Assembly (NCBI GenBank): GCA_963791025.1
Contig: CAWBQF010000001.1
Span: 569,201 to 633,200 of the forward strand
Length of the DNA: 64,000 bases
Direction: 5' to 3'
From: an uncultured Chloroflexia bacterium
GTDB taxonomy: Bacteria; Chloroflexota; Anaerolineae; Anaerolineales; Anaerolineaceae
Part shown: positions 42,577-51,707 of the stretch, in pieces
Numbering within the stretch: the stretch's first letter is position 1
How the letters are laid out: each line of letters begins with the position of its first letter
The notes under the pieces: generated by a model
What the model saw: only the letters and a program-made list of their open reading frames with translations
What the model was told of the DNA's origin: nothing
The model's database searches: none
Position numbers and translations under genes: made by a program

Positions 42577-44062
42577 TTAGCAACGTGAATTCACCGGCGC
42601 GTTCAGGGATTGAACGGTCTGTGTATCTTCTTGAGAAAGAAATGCGATGACTTTATCAGCGGTTTGCTGTCCCTGATGAATACAATCTGGAACGCCTACC
42701 CCCTCGTAAGCGCTGCCGGTCAAGTACAAGCCAGGATAGTCACCCAACTGGTTGAAAATATCCTTCACTCGTTCCAGATGGCCCAGACCATACTGTGGAT
42801 TGGCTTTGTGCCAACGGAAGATTCGCGTCACAACCGGCTCTGCTGTAATTTTGAGCGTGTTTTTTAGTTCCTCGCGGACCACTTTTAGCATGGCCTCATC
42901 GCTCAAATCGACGTATTCTTCCATGCCAGGGCCTCCCATAAAACAGCGCAGGAGCAAATGTCCTTCAGGTGCGCGGTGATCAAACTTAAAGGAAGTCCAG
43001 GTGCAGGCAGAAACCTGGCGTTTCTCTTTCTTGGGCACAACGTACCCAAAGCCCATAAAAGGATTCGTAATATCTTTCTTATGGAAACCCAGAGAGACGG
43101 TCGCGGTGGAAACATAGCGGATTTGAGAGAGGGCGCCAGCCACATCAGGGGCAAAGGATTGCAATAATCCCGCGGAGACATAAGCAGGGGTTGCCAGGAT
43201 GACCGCTTCGGCGGTTACGGTGGCGCCGTTTTGCAGTTCCACGCAGTACTGGCCCTCTGGCAGACGTTCCAGCTTTTGCACACGCTGGCCTTTGAAGATC
43301 AGGCCATCTGTCAGGTTCTTCTCCAGCGCTTTCACCATCTGCCCCAGGCCATCCTGGAGCGTAATGAAAGCTGTGTTAGGCGTTTTGGAAGGCTGTTTTG
43401 GGGCAGGATGGAGTTTACGGCTCGCCAGCATTCCTTTGATCAGGCTGCCATATTTCTGTTCCAGATTACGGAAGCGCGGGAAGGTCGCCAGGAGGCTTTG
43501 CTGCTCGGGGTCAGAGACATGAATGCCAGACATGAGCGGCTCAGCTATTTTATCGAGGGCTTCTTTACCCAGGCGGCGGCGCACAAACTCACCCACACTT
43601 TCATCCCCATCGCCTTTATAAGCGTGGAATGAACAGATCCATGCCCATGCGGATTTTTCCAGGCCAGGAGATCAGCGTGGAGGTGACAAACGGCATGACG
43701 CGAGTGGGCACAATGAGCATCACGCCATCGGGCAGCGGCGCTAAGCGCCCGCGGTTCATGACATACACCTTACGCTGTTGATCGTTGGTGCCCATCAGGG
43801 CATCTTCCAGGCCCAGCTTAATACACAGTTCACTGGCCCAGGGTTTCTGGCGAATAACGCAATCAGGACCGCCTTCGATGGTAAACCCATCGACCCAGTC
43901 CGTTGAAATTTTGCCCCCCAGCCGGTTTTCCGCTTCAATCAGCGCATAGGAGAAAGGCCGACCAGCGGCCCGGGCTTTCTCCTGCATTGTATATGTCGCA
44001 GCTAGCCCGGCGATCCCCCCTCCAATGATGACAACATTGACAGAATGATTCGTTTGATCCAT
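42577..44062 (-). pseudogene. hemY: protoporphyrinogen/coproporphyrinogen III oxidase (HemY/CgoX) with a frame break
   Basis: The N-terminal piece 43616..44062 has the FAD fold VVIIGGGIAGLAA and ends ..GMDLFIPRL*. The second frame reads ..YKGDGDESVGEFVRRRLGKEA... to 42577. The junction is near 43618-43622. Length is 3n+1. Confidence 0.8.
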
Positions 44063-44095
44063 TGGAGAATTCTCTTCTCTGATATTTTCTAGCGT

Positions 44096-45043
44096 TTATT
44101 GATCCTGAGCAACAACCTGTTCCCTCACCAGATCTGCCAGGGCCTCGATGAAACTTGTCGAAGTATTCATTGAATCAATTCGTTCCAGGTGCAGGCCTAA
44201 CGTATGGGCCTGTTCTTGCGCATCAATATCCACGTCATACAGAATCTCAACGTGGTCAGCGACAAAGCCAATTGGCGCAATCAACACATCTTGCACGCCC
44301 TCCGCCACCAGAGTTTCCAGGGTCTCCTCCAGTGAAGGTGTTAACCAGAGGGGGCCTTTTCCCTGCACTGGCGCACTTTGATAGCCTATCTGCCAGCGTT
44401 CAGCGGGTAAGCCAAGCGCTTCCGCGGCTAAAGCGGCTGTCTCGGCATGGTGTTGTGCATAGGGATCACCCTGCTTCATAATGGCCTGCGGCAGGGAGTG
44501 AGCCGTAAACACAACGCGCACGGCATCCCGGCGATCTTCAGGGAAATGAGCTAAGGCATCACGAACCTTGGCGACGATGGCTTGAATGAAAAGGGGGTGA
44601 TCGTGCCAGGATTCCACCAGGCGAACTTTCATATCCTGGCCTGCTTGCGGCAGGCTGGTTAACGCAGCCTGCAACTTATCACGATAGGCGCCAACACTCA
44701 TCCTTGAAAAGTATGGGGCCATGCATAAGGCAATGATGCTGCGGAAGCCATCCTGGTAAATTTGCTTCACAACCTCTTGAATGTAAGGTTTCCAATGACG
44801 CATCCCAACGTAGACCCGCACCTTCCCAGGTTCATCCCGAAGACATTTTTCCAGCGCGTCCGCCTGAGCAGAGGTAATTTCCAAAAGAGGTGAACGTCCT
44901 CCAATCTGTTCGTACCGGCTGCGCACCTCGTGGACTAACTCGGCCGGCGTCTCACGCCCACCGCGCACATCCAGAAGGTACGGCTCAACATCTTCCAATG
45001 AATTAGGGCCACCATAGGCCATCAATAAAACGGCATTATCCAT
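44096..45043 (-). CDS. hemH: ferrochelatase (coproporphyrin ferrochelatase type)
   Basis: VLLMAYGGPNSLEDVEPYL and later ferrochelatase blocks. ATG 45043 with an AAGGA SD is preferred over GTG 45076. Confidence 0.85.
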   Translation of the reverse strand: MDNAVLLMAYGGPNSLEDVEPYLLDVRGGRETPAELVHEVRSRYEQIGGRSPLLEITSAQADALEKCLRDEPGKVRVYVGMRHWKPYIQEVVKQIYQDGFRSIIALCMAPYFSRMSVGAYRDKLQAALTSLPQAGQDMKVRLVESWHDHPLFIQAIVAKVRDALAHFPEDRRDAVRVVFTAHSLPQAIMKQGDPYAQHHAETAALAAEALGLPAERWQIGYQSAPVQGKGPLWLTPSLEETLETLVAEGVQDVLIAPIGFVADHVEILYDVDIDAQEQAHTLGLHLERIDSMNTSTSFIEALADLVREQVVAQDQ

Positions 45044-45217
45044 TCGAACGCATCCTTTATGGACTGCTCCAGTCACAACTCAATTTGATCCAAGGCAGAT
45101 CCAATCCACATTTCACGGCAATAGATTGTGCTGCCACACGCACTGACAGCACTCCAGAGATGGATTAGATCGAAACATACGCTACGCGGCGCAATTGTAG
45201 ACAGATTCCGAGAGACA

Positions 45218-45898
45218 TCAGTCTGCCAGTGCTAAAGTCTCCTCTGGCGAGTGATGGACAGCCGTGAAAATGGGCGTGTCACGCTCGGTATAACGGCGCG
45301 CTTCGGTAGCGCGCAACTCTGCCACCAGATCTGAAAACTGCGGCAGCAAATCCGCCTCATAGACAACCACAAATTCCTGATCCTGTAATCCCGTCGAATA
45401 GAGGAGCAATTGGGTAATTTCAGGATATTGGTGACCAATTCGGATGTGTTCGTTCATCATTCCCTGGCGGGTATCCCGTCCGGTATGGTACCAGTCCACG
45501 GTTTTTGTGAAGGGGTAAACAATCAGGTATTGTTTGCGTTCTTCAGCCAAAGGGTCAATTGCTTGAGCTGACTTACCACGGGCGTAGGAGGATGGCCCCG
45601 TGTAGCCCCAGAGGGTGAGCGTTGGGCGGATAAAGCGGCGATACGGATTGATGGATTGGGCAAGGCAGTCGAAGAAGTGGGCCGTATCCCCTGGCTCCCC
45701 TACTGGGATATTTGCCCACAAAACGAAGTCTGTATCCTCTCTACCTGGGAAAACCTGATAAAGGTCGAAGTGCTGCAAATTGCGCTGCAAGCGTTCAAGG
45801 AACGAGCTTTGAAACTGCTTGCGATCTTCTGCAGCGGCTTCCCAGTAAGCGGCATTATAGGCCAAAAAAGTAAAGTGACTTAAGAAACGATCCGGCAT
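45218..45898 (-). CDS. hemQ: chlorite-dismutase-family coprohaem decarboxylase (HemQ/ChdC)
   Basis: YLIVYPFTKTVDWY, MMNEHIRIGHQY and YSTGLQDQEFVVVYEADLL..LRATEARRYT..DTPIF blocks are typical of HemQ. Confidence 0.8.
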   Translation of the reverse strand: MPDRFLSHFTFLAYNAAYWEAAAEDRKQFQSSFLERLQRNLQHFDLYQVFPGREDTDFVLWANIPVGEPGDTAHFFDCLAQSINPYRRFIRPTLTLWGYTGPSSYARGKSAQAIDPLAEERKQYLIVYPFTKTVDWYHTGRDTRQGMMNEHIRIGHQYPEITQLLLYSTGLQDQEFVVVYEADLLPQFSDLVAELRATEARRYTERDTPIFTAVHHSPEETLALAD

Positions 45899-45940
45899 TA
45901 TTTCCTCTCAGAAGTTGGAGTACCCCCTATGGTTATCCCC

Positions 45941-47137
45941 TCAGTTCTTGTCCGCTAACTCACGGATCTCACTAGAGAAGGGGAACGAACCCGGCTGATA
46001 AGCGCAGAAAGGCTCCTCCGCCAGGATATCGCCCGTCATGGCATAAGCCCGCGAACGTGAACCACCACATACAGAATTAAACTCACAGATTCCACAGCGA
46101 CCCTTCAATTCCTTTTTATTACGCAGGGACTGGAACAGCTCACTATTCTGATAAATATCTTTCAGATGCGTCTGGCGCACATTTCCAGCAGAAACAGGCA
46201 AATATCCACTGGGAAACACCTCGCCTAACAACGACACAAACACAAAACCGTCGCCCGCGTTGACATGCATCGGCGTACGCTTAATCCGCTCATCTACACG
46301 AGATGGGGACAGACCCACACTCACCTCACGCAAGCCTTCCATGAGGCGATCGTAAGTATCGTTCAACTGCAAGTATTCCTGTGGGCGAAGGTTGCGCAAC
46401 TCGAGGAAGGCCCGCTGCAGCACGACCCGCTTGAAGTGATGACCTTCTGTGGTTTTCAGTCCGATATACTTGGAAGCATCATACAAAAAATTCATCACCA
46501 ATTCGTAGTCGGCAGTGGAGATTTCATCCTCGCTCAGGGCACGCCCAGTCGGCACCAGGAAGAAAACGCTCCAGGTCATCGCACCTAACTCACGCACAAC
46601 AGAAAAGATCTTGGGGAGATCGAACAGGTTATGGCGTGTAACAGTGGTGTTAATTTGCAGTTTTAGTCCAGCCTCTTGAGCTGCTTTCCAACCGTTCACA
46701 GTCCATTCAAACGAGCCTGGCACCCGTCGAAAATCATCGTAAATCGCGGCACAGGAACCATCCAAACTCAGTGAAACGACCCGGCAACCAGCCTCTTTTG
46801 ACTTTTGCAGGTTCTGAGCGTTTAAAAGGGGAGTGCCGGAAGGTGAAAGCGCTACCGGCAGCCCCTTTTCAGAGGCATAACGGGTAAGTTCAAAGATATC
46901 AGCACGCTTGAAAGGGTCACCACCTGTCAGGATGACGAGTGGGTGTGGCATACCAAAATCGGCAATTTGATCCAATAAACGGCAGCCTTCTTCAAACGAC
47001 AAGGCTTGTGGGTTGTGTTCAGGCTGCGCTTCAGCCCGGCAGTGCCGGCAGGCCATATCACAGGCCTGGGTTGTTTCCCAGATCACGAGAAAGGGACGCT
47101 GTTTAAGATCATAATTCGGCTGGCGGATTAACGGCAT
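45941..47137 (-). CDS. radical SAM/SPASM-domain enzyme (AhbD/NirJ-like class)
   Basis: CDMACRHC (CxxxCxxC) cluster near the N-terminus, GGDPF, and a C-terminal Cys-rich SPASM region (CGICEFNSVCGGSRSRAY...FCAY). Starts 21 nt after the upstream regulator reading frame. Confidence 0.8.
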   Translation of the reverse strand: MPLIRQPNYDLKQRPFLVIWETTQACDMACRHCRAEAQPEHNPQALSFEEGCRLLDQIADFGMPHPLVILTGGDPFKRADIFELTRYASEKGLPVALSPSGTPLLNAQNLQKSKEAGCRVVSLSLDGSCAAIYDDFRRVPGSFEWTVNGWKAAQEAGLKLQINTTVTRHNLFDLPKIFSVVRELGAMTWSVFFLVPTGRALSEDEISTADYELVMNFLYDASKYIGLKTTEGHHFKRVVLQRAFLELRNLRPQEYLQLNDTYDRLMEGLREVSVGLSPSRVDERIKRTPMHVNAGDGFVFVSLLGEVFPSGYLPVSAGNVRQTHLKDIYQNSELFQSLRNKKELKGRCGICEFNSVCGGSRSRAYAMTGDILAEEPFCAYQPGSFPFSSEIRELADKN

Positions 47138-47158
47138 TGAGGATGTTTCCTTCCTGAA

Positions 47159-47851
47159 TTATTCAATAATATGGTTTTGCAAATTTTGGTAATGATTGAC
47201 CAACTCTAGCAAGAGTTCATCAAAAAACTCGGTCGTCCGGTGGTACAACCGTTGACCTTCAACATCATCTCTCCCCCCTAAAAAACCGGTTTCCTGAACG
47301 CCGCTCAGTATCGACCGGCGAAAGAACAGGAACACCTAAATCGTTTCCAAGAGCGACATGCCAACACTGCTGCAAATGTCACTGTAATTCCCGGCAATCC
47401 GTTTTCCTTCTTCCAAAAAGATACTGCTGCTTTCATCACGACTGCTATACTGCAAAAGCAGAGCCATCAGGCGATGACCCGTTCCGCGCATTTGCAGGCG
47501 CTGCTCTTCACTCAGACGGTAAATCCAACTATTGGAAGAATGGGTAAAACTTTGAAACTCCTGCCTGGTATGATCAACTGCGTGTTCATGCACGGGTTGA
47601 TGCACAGCCAAATCAACTGAACTTTCTTCGCCTTCGGTTAACTGTTTTGGCTGAGACTGTGACTTACGCTGTAGAAACGCTTCCAGCGCCCGCTGTGAGA
47701 ACCTGCGCCGACCTCCAGGAGTACGAATACATTCGACTTCACCCATATCTGCCCAGCGGCGAAGGGTGGTAAAATGCACCCCCAGATAACGGGCCGCTTC
47801 AGATAGGTAAAACCAGGTTTCTTCGATAATGTGTACTTCTTTGCGTTTCAT
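47159..47851 (-). pseudogene. MerR/excisionase-type HTH regulator with a helical C-terminal domain, interrupted by an in-frame TAG
   Basis: HTH is YLSEAARYLGVHFTTLRRWADMGEVECIRTPGGRRRF. The ORF stops at TAG 47336-47338, but the same frame stays open to TAA 47159-47161, reading ..SLLETI*VFLFFRRSILSGV...LLLELVNHYQNLQNHIIE. Confidence 0.65.
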
Positions 47852-48305
47852 ATCTATGTATTTCTATGTATTTATTATCAAATCTTCACCAAGTTTAAGC
47901 ATTCCTTAATAAACTGTCAACCGCACAAAGATAAGAGTTTGCTCATTTTGAATGGCAAAAGGTTCAGGGATTCCCCTAACTTATAATCGGTTTTCTCCCC
48001 ATTGTAACGAAGGGTGTTTCATCCTATAAATACCCTGATAAGAGTCATCTTTTAACAACACTATTAATGGGTGTTTTAGGTGACAAAGAATGTTTTCATT
48101 CAAGGCGCAAATGCAATACTTGCGCATTCCTTGTGCATTCAAGTCAAACGCTTAGTAAGGGATGATGCAGACAGACAAATGCGATCCTGTTCGAACGGGG
48201 GAAATGGCGTCAGAAATGACTTGCGCCAAGTTCTCCCTGACTGCCAGACGCATTCACCTGTCTGGCAGATTTGGTTAAAAGAGCTTACATGAAAGGAGGC
48301 TTTAA

Positions 48306-49127
48306 ATGCCAAGAAGAGATGCCAGAAACCAAATGTCACGTGACCGAAGTGATGACTGGGCGCGTGATATTCAATGGAACCGAGATCGTGGACCTTATCG
48401 AGACTATGGCTGGGAAGCGGGCAAATCTGTTTTACCAGAGTTCCGCGATCCGTCCATTCATGAACAAGATTATGATCGAGCGCGAAACGTCCGCCAGCAA
48501 AGCGGGAGACAGAATCGTTCCAGCAGGAATGACTGGGCGCGTGATATTCAATGGAACCGGGGAGGCGGACCCTACCGAGATTATGGCTGGGAAGCAGATG
48601 AATCTGCTTTGCCAGAATTCCGCGATCCATCCATTCACGCACAGCAGTATGAACGCCAACGAGGCAGCCAGGCCGGTCCTTACACTGGTTATGGTCCCAA
48701 GAACTATCAGCGTCCGGACAACTCCATTATGGATGAAGCCTGCGAACGCCTGAAAATGCATGGGCAAATTGATGCGCATGACATAAAGATCAATGTAAAG
48801 AAGGGCGAAGTAACCCTGGAAGGCACAGTTGAAGACCGCCACATGAAGCGCATGACCGAAGATATTATCGACCGTGTGCGCGGAGTGGTGGATGTACACA
48901 ACCAGCTTAAGCTTCGCAATAAAGGGCAGAGCGGCAGACCAGGAGGCGGAAGAAACCGTATTGACCGGGTAGGCCGTACAGGCGTTTACCCTGCTTCTGG
49001 CCCGTTTCCGGATGTCAATGCAGAAACACAGGATATGGCTTCTTGGGGCCAGGGAGAACGCGGCGCTGCCGGATATTATGATCATGGTAAATCAGAGATC
49101 CATGTTCAGAATCGCAACAAAAAATAG
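48306..49127 (+). CDS. BON-domain protein with a duplicated charged N-terminal region
   Basis: C-terminal BON-like block (MDEACERLKMHGQIDAHDIKINVKKGEVTLEGTVEDRHMKRMTEDI..VVDVHNQLKL). GAAAGGAGG SD. No signal peptide. Confidence 0.8.
   Translation: MPRRDARNQMSRDRSDDWARDIQWNRDRGPYRDYGWEAGKSVLPEFRDPSIHEQDYDRARNVRQQSGRQNRSSRNDWARDIQWNRGGGPYRDYGWEADESALPEFRDPSIHAQQYERQRGSQAGPYTGYGPKNYQRPDNSIMDEACERLKMHGQIDAHDIKINVKKGEVTLEGTVEDRHMKRMTEDIIDRVRGVVDVHNQLKLRNKGQSGRPGGGRNRIDRVGRTGVYPASGPFPDVNAETQDMASWGQGERGAAGYYDHGKSEIHVQNRNKK
48351..48700 (+). repeat. in-frame tandem duplication (2 x 177 nt = 59 aa) inside the first BON gene
   Basis: gactgggcgcgtgatattcaatggaacc occurs at 48354 and again at 48531. Translated copies are DWARDIQWNRDRGPYRDYGWEAGKSVLPEFRDPSIH and DWARDIQWNRGGGPYRDYGWEADESALPEFRDPSIH. 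Confidence 0.85.
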
Positions 49128-49168
49128 TATTTCCTTGAAGATCTAAAGCTTGAAAGGAGGCTCTTTCA

Positions 49169-50620
49169 ATGGCTGACCGATATCGAGATCGAGAACGCAA
49201 TTGGCGTTATGGGGATGAAGAAAACTTTTACAGCAACCGAGCCTGGAATCGAGACCAGGATATGGATGATAACCGCGAACACTACCGCTTCCGAAACCAG
49301 GATCGTTACTTTGACCAGGACCGGAACCAGAATATGGACCGAGAGCAAGACTGGAACCGAAATCGAGACCAGTTCCGGGATCAAGATCGAGATCGCGACC
49401 AGTTCCGGGACCAGAATCGAGATTGGGAGCGCGAACGGTTCTCAGATCGCAACCTGGAAAGAGGACGCAACCGAGATCGTGACCGCGACTTCGACTATAC
49501 AGGCGGCGAAAGCTATAACCGCTGGCGCTTTGGCGACCGTGATTACATGCGGCGCAGCAGTGATGAACGCGAATATGGACGGGGCGAACCCACGGACGTG
49601 TTCGGGGAGCGCTATGGACAGAACTATGAGCGCGGTTGGACCGCTTTCGGTGGAGACTTTGACCGCTTTGGCTATGGACGCGGCAGAGACTACAACCGCG
49701 ATTTTGATGAAGATTATGACTATGACTTCGATCGGAATCGAGGGTATGTCGGACGCGATTATGACAGGAGCGGCCAGCGGGATGCGAACTTAGACTATGG
49801 ACGCGGCTACTATGGCCGTGATTACAGTCGTGATTATGGGCGCAGCTATAACCGCGGGCAGTCTGAAGCGGACATGCAGTGGGATCAAGGCACGGACGAG
49901 AACTACCGCTATAACAGGGGCTACGGCCGTGGTTATGGCCGCTCTGGGCGGACGTATGAACGCCAGGGCACAGCCGGGATGCGGTCAGACTATGACAGTG
50001 AAGACTACGGAACCGCTGGTATGCGCTCAGATTATGACACAGACCGTGATGCGAACATCGACCGGGGATATGGTAGTACCTATAACCGGGGTGGAAACCG
50101 CCGCATGTACGGACGGCGCAACGAGCGAAACTTTGATCGCGACTACGATCAGAATCGCAACACCGGAAACTATATCGGCTACGACCGCGAGGGCGCTTTC
50201 TACCAGGACCTCGATGAACCCTATAGTTATGATTACTGGGATGTCGATACCAGCGACATGGACTACACTGATTTCAGCGGTGTAGGCCCAGAGAGTTACA
50301 AACGCCCTAACGAACGAGTTATGGAAGATATTGGTGAAAACCTCACCTATCACGGCGCGATCGATGCCAGAGATGTGGAAATCGACGTAGATGATGGCGT
50401 GGTAACACTGCGCGGCACAGTTCCAGATCGCCAGATGAAGTACCTGGTAGAGGATGTGGTTGAGAACATTTACGGCGTGAATGACATTAATAACGAGATA
50501 AAAGTTCGCGACCGCAATCAAAACTTGCAGGGAGACGAAGACCTCGAACATCGTCCGAATGAAGGGGTAACTGGCGAAACCAACCGTTTGCCCAACGCTA
50601 CGAAAGACCAAAAAAGCTAG
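49169..50620 (+). CDS. BON-domain protein with a ~380-aa Arg/Asp/Asn/Tyr/Gly-rich low-complexity region
   Basis: C-terminal block (VMEDIGENLTYHGAIDARDVEIDVDDGVVTLRGTVPDRQMKYLVEDV..VNDINNEIKV) is paralogous to the previous gene. Same GAAAGGAGG SD. The N-terminal part is DR/RD/NR/YG repeats without hydrophobic segments. Confidence 0.8.
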   Translation: MADRYRDRERNWRYGDEENFYSNRAWNRDQDMDDNREHYRFRNQDRYFDQDRNQNMDREQDWNRNRDQFRDQDRDRDQFRDQNRDWERERFSDRNLERGRNRDRDRDFDYTGGESYNRWRFGDRDYMRRSSDEREYGRGEPTDVFGERYGQNYERGWTAFGGDFDRFGYGRGRDYNRDFDEDYDYDFDRNRGYVGRDYDRSGQRDANLDYGRGYYGRDYSRDYGRSYNRGQSEADMQWDQGTDENYRYNRGYGRGYGRSGRTYERQGTAGMRSDYDSEDYGTAGMRSDYDTDRDANIDRGYGSTYNRGGNRRMYGRRNERNFDRDYDQNRNTGNYIGYDREGAFYQDLDEPYSYDYWDVDTSDMDYTDFSGVGPESYKRPNERVMEDIGENLTYHGAIDARDVEIDVDDGVVTLRGTVPDRQMKYLVEDVVENIYGVNDINNEIKVRDRNQNLQGDEDLEHRPNEGVTGETNRLPNATKDQKS

Positions 50621-50663
50621 TAAAACCGATCTAACCCTGGGAAAATCCCGGTAATGTTCGGCA

Positions 50664-50707
50664 GGGGTGTTTGCATACGTAACTTCATGCAAACACCCCC
50701 TTTTTTT
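50664..50707 (+). terminator. intrinsic terminator
   Basis: 13-bp stem ggggtgtttgcat / atgcaaacacccc followed by ttttttt. Confidence 0.85.
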
Positions 50708-50768
50708 GGTCTGATGCTGGTAAGGCCGCAGTAGGTGCAGTCCTACTTCGGCTTAGGAGATTCCCTCA

Positions 50769-50797
50769 TTGAACCTGACCTATGGCACTTCTACAAT
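50769..50797 (+). promoter_or_regulatory. candidate promoter giving a leaderless transcript of the glycosyltransferase cluster
   Basis: TTGAAC (50769-50774), 17-nt spacer, TACAAT (50792-50797). ATG 50804 lies 6 nt after the -10 box and has no SD. Confidence 0.5.
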
Positions 50798-50803
50798 TTG
50801 TAT

Positions 50804-51707
50804 ATGATGCCGCTTGTAGACGTCCTAATCCCCACTTATAACCGGCCCGCTGCGCTGGCGCTGACTTTGTCTGGCCTGGTCTCGCAGACGTTTAAAGAGC
50901 TTTAATGTCACTGTTGCTGACCAAACGGAAGGTTTTGACGTTGAAGATTGTGGTGAGGTTCGCGCTGTAGCGCGTGTCTTGCGTTCACATGGACATAGCG
51001 TTAAGTTTTACAAAAACCTCCCACGCAAAGGAATGGCGCAACAGCGCCAGTTTTTACTGGAAAAGATCACAGCACCCTATGCGCTTTTCTTTGATGATGA
51101 TCTCATTCTTGAAGATTACGTGATTAAAAATCTGGTCAACGCCATTCGTGAAGAGGGGTGCGGCTTTGTGGGCACAGCCTTGATTGGATTGAGCTTTATG
51201 AATGATGTCCGCCCGCATGAGCAGCAGATCGCGTTTTGGGAAGGGCAAGTCAGGCCGGAGAGTATCCGACCGGGAACGCCCGCATGGGATCGATACAAGC
51301 TGCATAACGCGGCGAATGTTTACCATGTACAGCAAGCGTTGAAGATTCACCCTGACCAACCTCGCAAGTATCATGTAGCGTGGGTGGGAGGATGCGTGAT
51401 GTATGACACCCAAAAGCTGCGCGATGTAGGCGGATTTTCATTCTGGAAAGAGTTACCCGAAACACACGCTGGGGAAGATGTTCTCGCGCAACTGCGCGTT
51501 ATGGACGCCTACGGCGGCTGCGGAATCCTACCATCTGGGGTTTACCACCAGGAACTGCCGACGACCATTCCAGAGCGACCTGTCGATGCTCCAAAATACT
51601 TAAAAATAGAGGTTGAGCGCCATGAGTTTGCATCAAGTTTAACCAAACAGAATCCTCAACAGCCCGCGCCATCCCTACCCCGAAATACGTACAAATTGAG
51701 CCAGTAG
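50804..51707 (+). pseudogene. GT2-type (GT-A fold) glycosyltransferase with a frame break after about 32 codons
   Basis: MMPLVDVLIPTYNRPAALALTLSGLVSQTFKEL* stops at 50903. One base out of frame it continues FNVTVADQTEG...FFDDD... as ORF 50979..51707. It aligns with the paralogue at 52737 (QTYSHFRLIVSDQ vs QTFKE/FNVTVADQ). Length is 3n+1. Confidence 0.7.

Noticed and set aside
47270-47280. C-run (cccccc, 47273-47278) first suspected to cause a frameshift in the HTH regulator tail.
   Set aside because: A codon-by-codon recount shows the frame is continuous through the run. Only the TAG at 47336 interrupts the gene.
48080-48753. ORFs 48080..48292 (+), 48139..48642 (-) and 48271..48753 (+) around the first BON gene.
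   Set aside because: They lie in the leader or in shadow frames of the repeat-containing BON gene. They have no SD and no motifs.
49209-50692. Alternative-frame and antisense ORFs (49209..49793, 49797..50285, 50027..50692 minus, 49166..49384 minus) inside the second BON gene.
   Set aside because: The repetitive GA(C/T)/CG(N) low-complexity DNA keeps several frames open. Only the 49169 frame has an SD and ends in a recognisable BON domain paralogous to the neighbour.
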